Positions 61,985-64,000 of a DNA stretch of 64,000 nucleotides are shown here, in pieces. This stretch comes from Camelus ferus. Taxonomy: Eukaryota. Both the position numbers and the translations under genes were made by a program. The notes below the pieces were generated by a model, which made no database searches, had not been told where the DNA came from, and was given only the letters and a program-made list of their open reading frames with translations. Each line of letters begins with the position of its first letter. Within the stretch, counting starts at the first letter, position 1. The stretch is from contig NC_045697.1 of assembly GCF_009834535.1 (NCBI RefSeq), positions 103,914,001 to 103,978,000 on the forward strand. The letters are read 5' to 3'.

Positions 61985-64000
61985 CCGTGGCAGTATTCTC
62001 TGCCGGTTGTAGCAGGTAAAGCTTGTCTAGGCAATCGAGAGAGAGAGGAAATGAAGAATGCCTTTTCCTTCCTGTTTTGGCCATTAAGTAAAGTTTAGCT
62101 AAAGTCTGAAATATAGACCATAGTTCAGTTATTAAATATAGTCCTACTAATACTCCGGGGGCAGAAGGCCACTGAAACGACAGTTGATAGGAACAATATT
62201 TGTGTTTTTGAGACCCCAGGTCTTTCTTGCATCATGTTGCATCAGTGTTTTCAATAACCTATGGAACAGCACAGTCACGTGGCAATAGTGTGAAGGACCT
62301 CAGGTTTGTTATTCAAATGCTAATCTAGAGGTGGTGATAGGTTTTTTAATAAACATTTTTTCCTCTGGCCTTTAGTACTGGCCTCTAGCACTCCCATGGA
62401 CAGAAAGGGGCCTGCTACCTCACAATGGCTTTCTCTCAATGTGTTCTGTCTAAAGAATGCCACAACAGGAAAACCTGTTTGCAAAGAGATGCTTTGCTTT
62501 CTCTATTGCAGTTGGGAAGCACAGCTAGTTTACTCTGTCTAAACACCCAGCTCAGCGATTGATGTTAGAGAAAGAAGCTCAGGCCCCTAGAGTGAGTGGA
62601 GTTTATAGACTAGCCTTCAGCTTGTAGATCCTCTGTACCAGCCCTAGGGGAGGATAGATTTTATAAATAAAATATTTGTGAACAGCAGTAGTCACAGCAT
62701 TATTACAAAGTTTAAAAAAAAAGATATCAAAGGGCACGGTTACATGAAGCCAGCAACAAGCCAGCATTTGCTTCTCTGAAACATGCAGGGCTGCACCAGC
62801 AGGTAGGACTTGTTAGTTTGCTCAAAGAAGGATGGAGAGTTGTATGGAAAAACTAGGGATGTTAAAAATGTCTCAAACTCCACATACACTTGGTGCCGAT
62901 TTTCCAGCTGGCTTAACATTACAATGTTAGCTCTTTGTATTTGTGAAGCTGTTGGGCCGTTTGATGGTGAACTCGAACTTGAGAAATTAAAGTAGTCACG
63001 ATTTGCCCTTTGGTCTGATCCTGCGGCCAATATTCGAACACAGTGAAATAAGGGTTCACAAGTATTTTCCAGACAATTTCAGTTTAAACAAAAATATTAA
63101 TATCAGGTCATTTTTTTCTGTTGTTGTTGGGTCGGGGGCAGTGGTGTTGTCTCTCTTCCTCTCCCACTGAGATAAAAGTATGTTTAGAGAAATGCTGGTG
63201 GGAACTGTTCCTCACTTCCCCAGTTTCATGGGTTGGTCTGGTTTCTGGCCCGTTCCAGGCATAACTGTGATACAAATTTAAGGTTCTGCACCACATGTCC
63301 TCAGAGAGCTTGGAGAAGGACCCAGAACCAAGTCGAGCCTATCACAGGAGCTGGTTTATTTCTGGAGGCTTCAATTTAAAAGGCCTTTTAGTCTTCTTAA
63401 AACGAATGTATGTCTCCTGACTCAACAAATTATAGTTTATGGAAATTCAACTCTCATGTTTGAACAGAATCAGACTCTGATTTTCTTTAGTGAAGTCTTT
63501 AGTCAGGTTTAGAGGTCTATTTTTTTTTTTTATGCTTGTTTTCGAAATCCTGTAAGTAGACATTACAGCTATGAAGTTTGAAATGATACATAATATGAAC
63601 AGCATTAGCAGAACAGAATAAAATTAGGTCTCTGAAGTCTAACAGTAGTTTTTGTCCAAAAACTATTCTGTGATTGGCGTATAAAAAGTTTCCCTATTTG
63701 TTTAAGAATGTAAAGGAATATCTCTTTAACAGGATTAAGAAAAGTTGCCCCTGTATCCACAGATGAATTTTCAATACAAACTAATCATCTTCTAAACTAT
63801 TCCATCGCAAAGACAGTCTTAGATGGTGGGCGGCTATGCTGGGCCTCTAACTCTTTTTATAGTCTAGGAAATAACCCTCAATTACATAAATTAGAGTAGG
63901 TCAATTAAAGAAAACAAGGGCATAAAGATTATGAAGAAGATTCTCTTGTGTCGCAAATTATGCTTGAAAAACAATTGTTCCTCTCCTATTCTTTAGTAAT

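Overview
Mammalian genomic DNA, most likely a camelid (alpaca/llama/camel). The evidence is six copies of a tRNA-Ala-derived SINE of the vic-1 type and several young L1 3' ends; no Alu or BovA/BovB elements were recognised. I find no credible protein-coding gene, true tRNA, rRNA or CRISPR array. The ORF track is explained by chance ORFs, GC-rich CpG-island ORFs and decayed L1/L2/LTR sequence. The window looks like intergenic or long-intronic sequence. It has one CpG island (~3.06-3.74 kb) and several repeat-free blocks rich in developmental TF motifs that resemble conserved enhancers. It also carries a dense, layered set of transposon fossils (L1, L2, MIR, MaLR/ERV LTRs, hAT and Tigger elements, SINEs), many with target-site duplications (TSDs) that can be read directly. 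The most unusual items are: a TSD-flanked, polyadenylated 662-bp retro-insert with no sense-strand L1 (34111-34772); a patchwork of short templated repeats at an L1 deletion junction (28522-28597); a ~5-kb L1 lacking its RT core; and paired perfect palindromes next to the CpG island. I cannot support a new biological system from the sequence alone. Repeat family names come from my recall of consensus sequences, not from a search.
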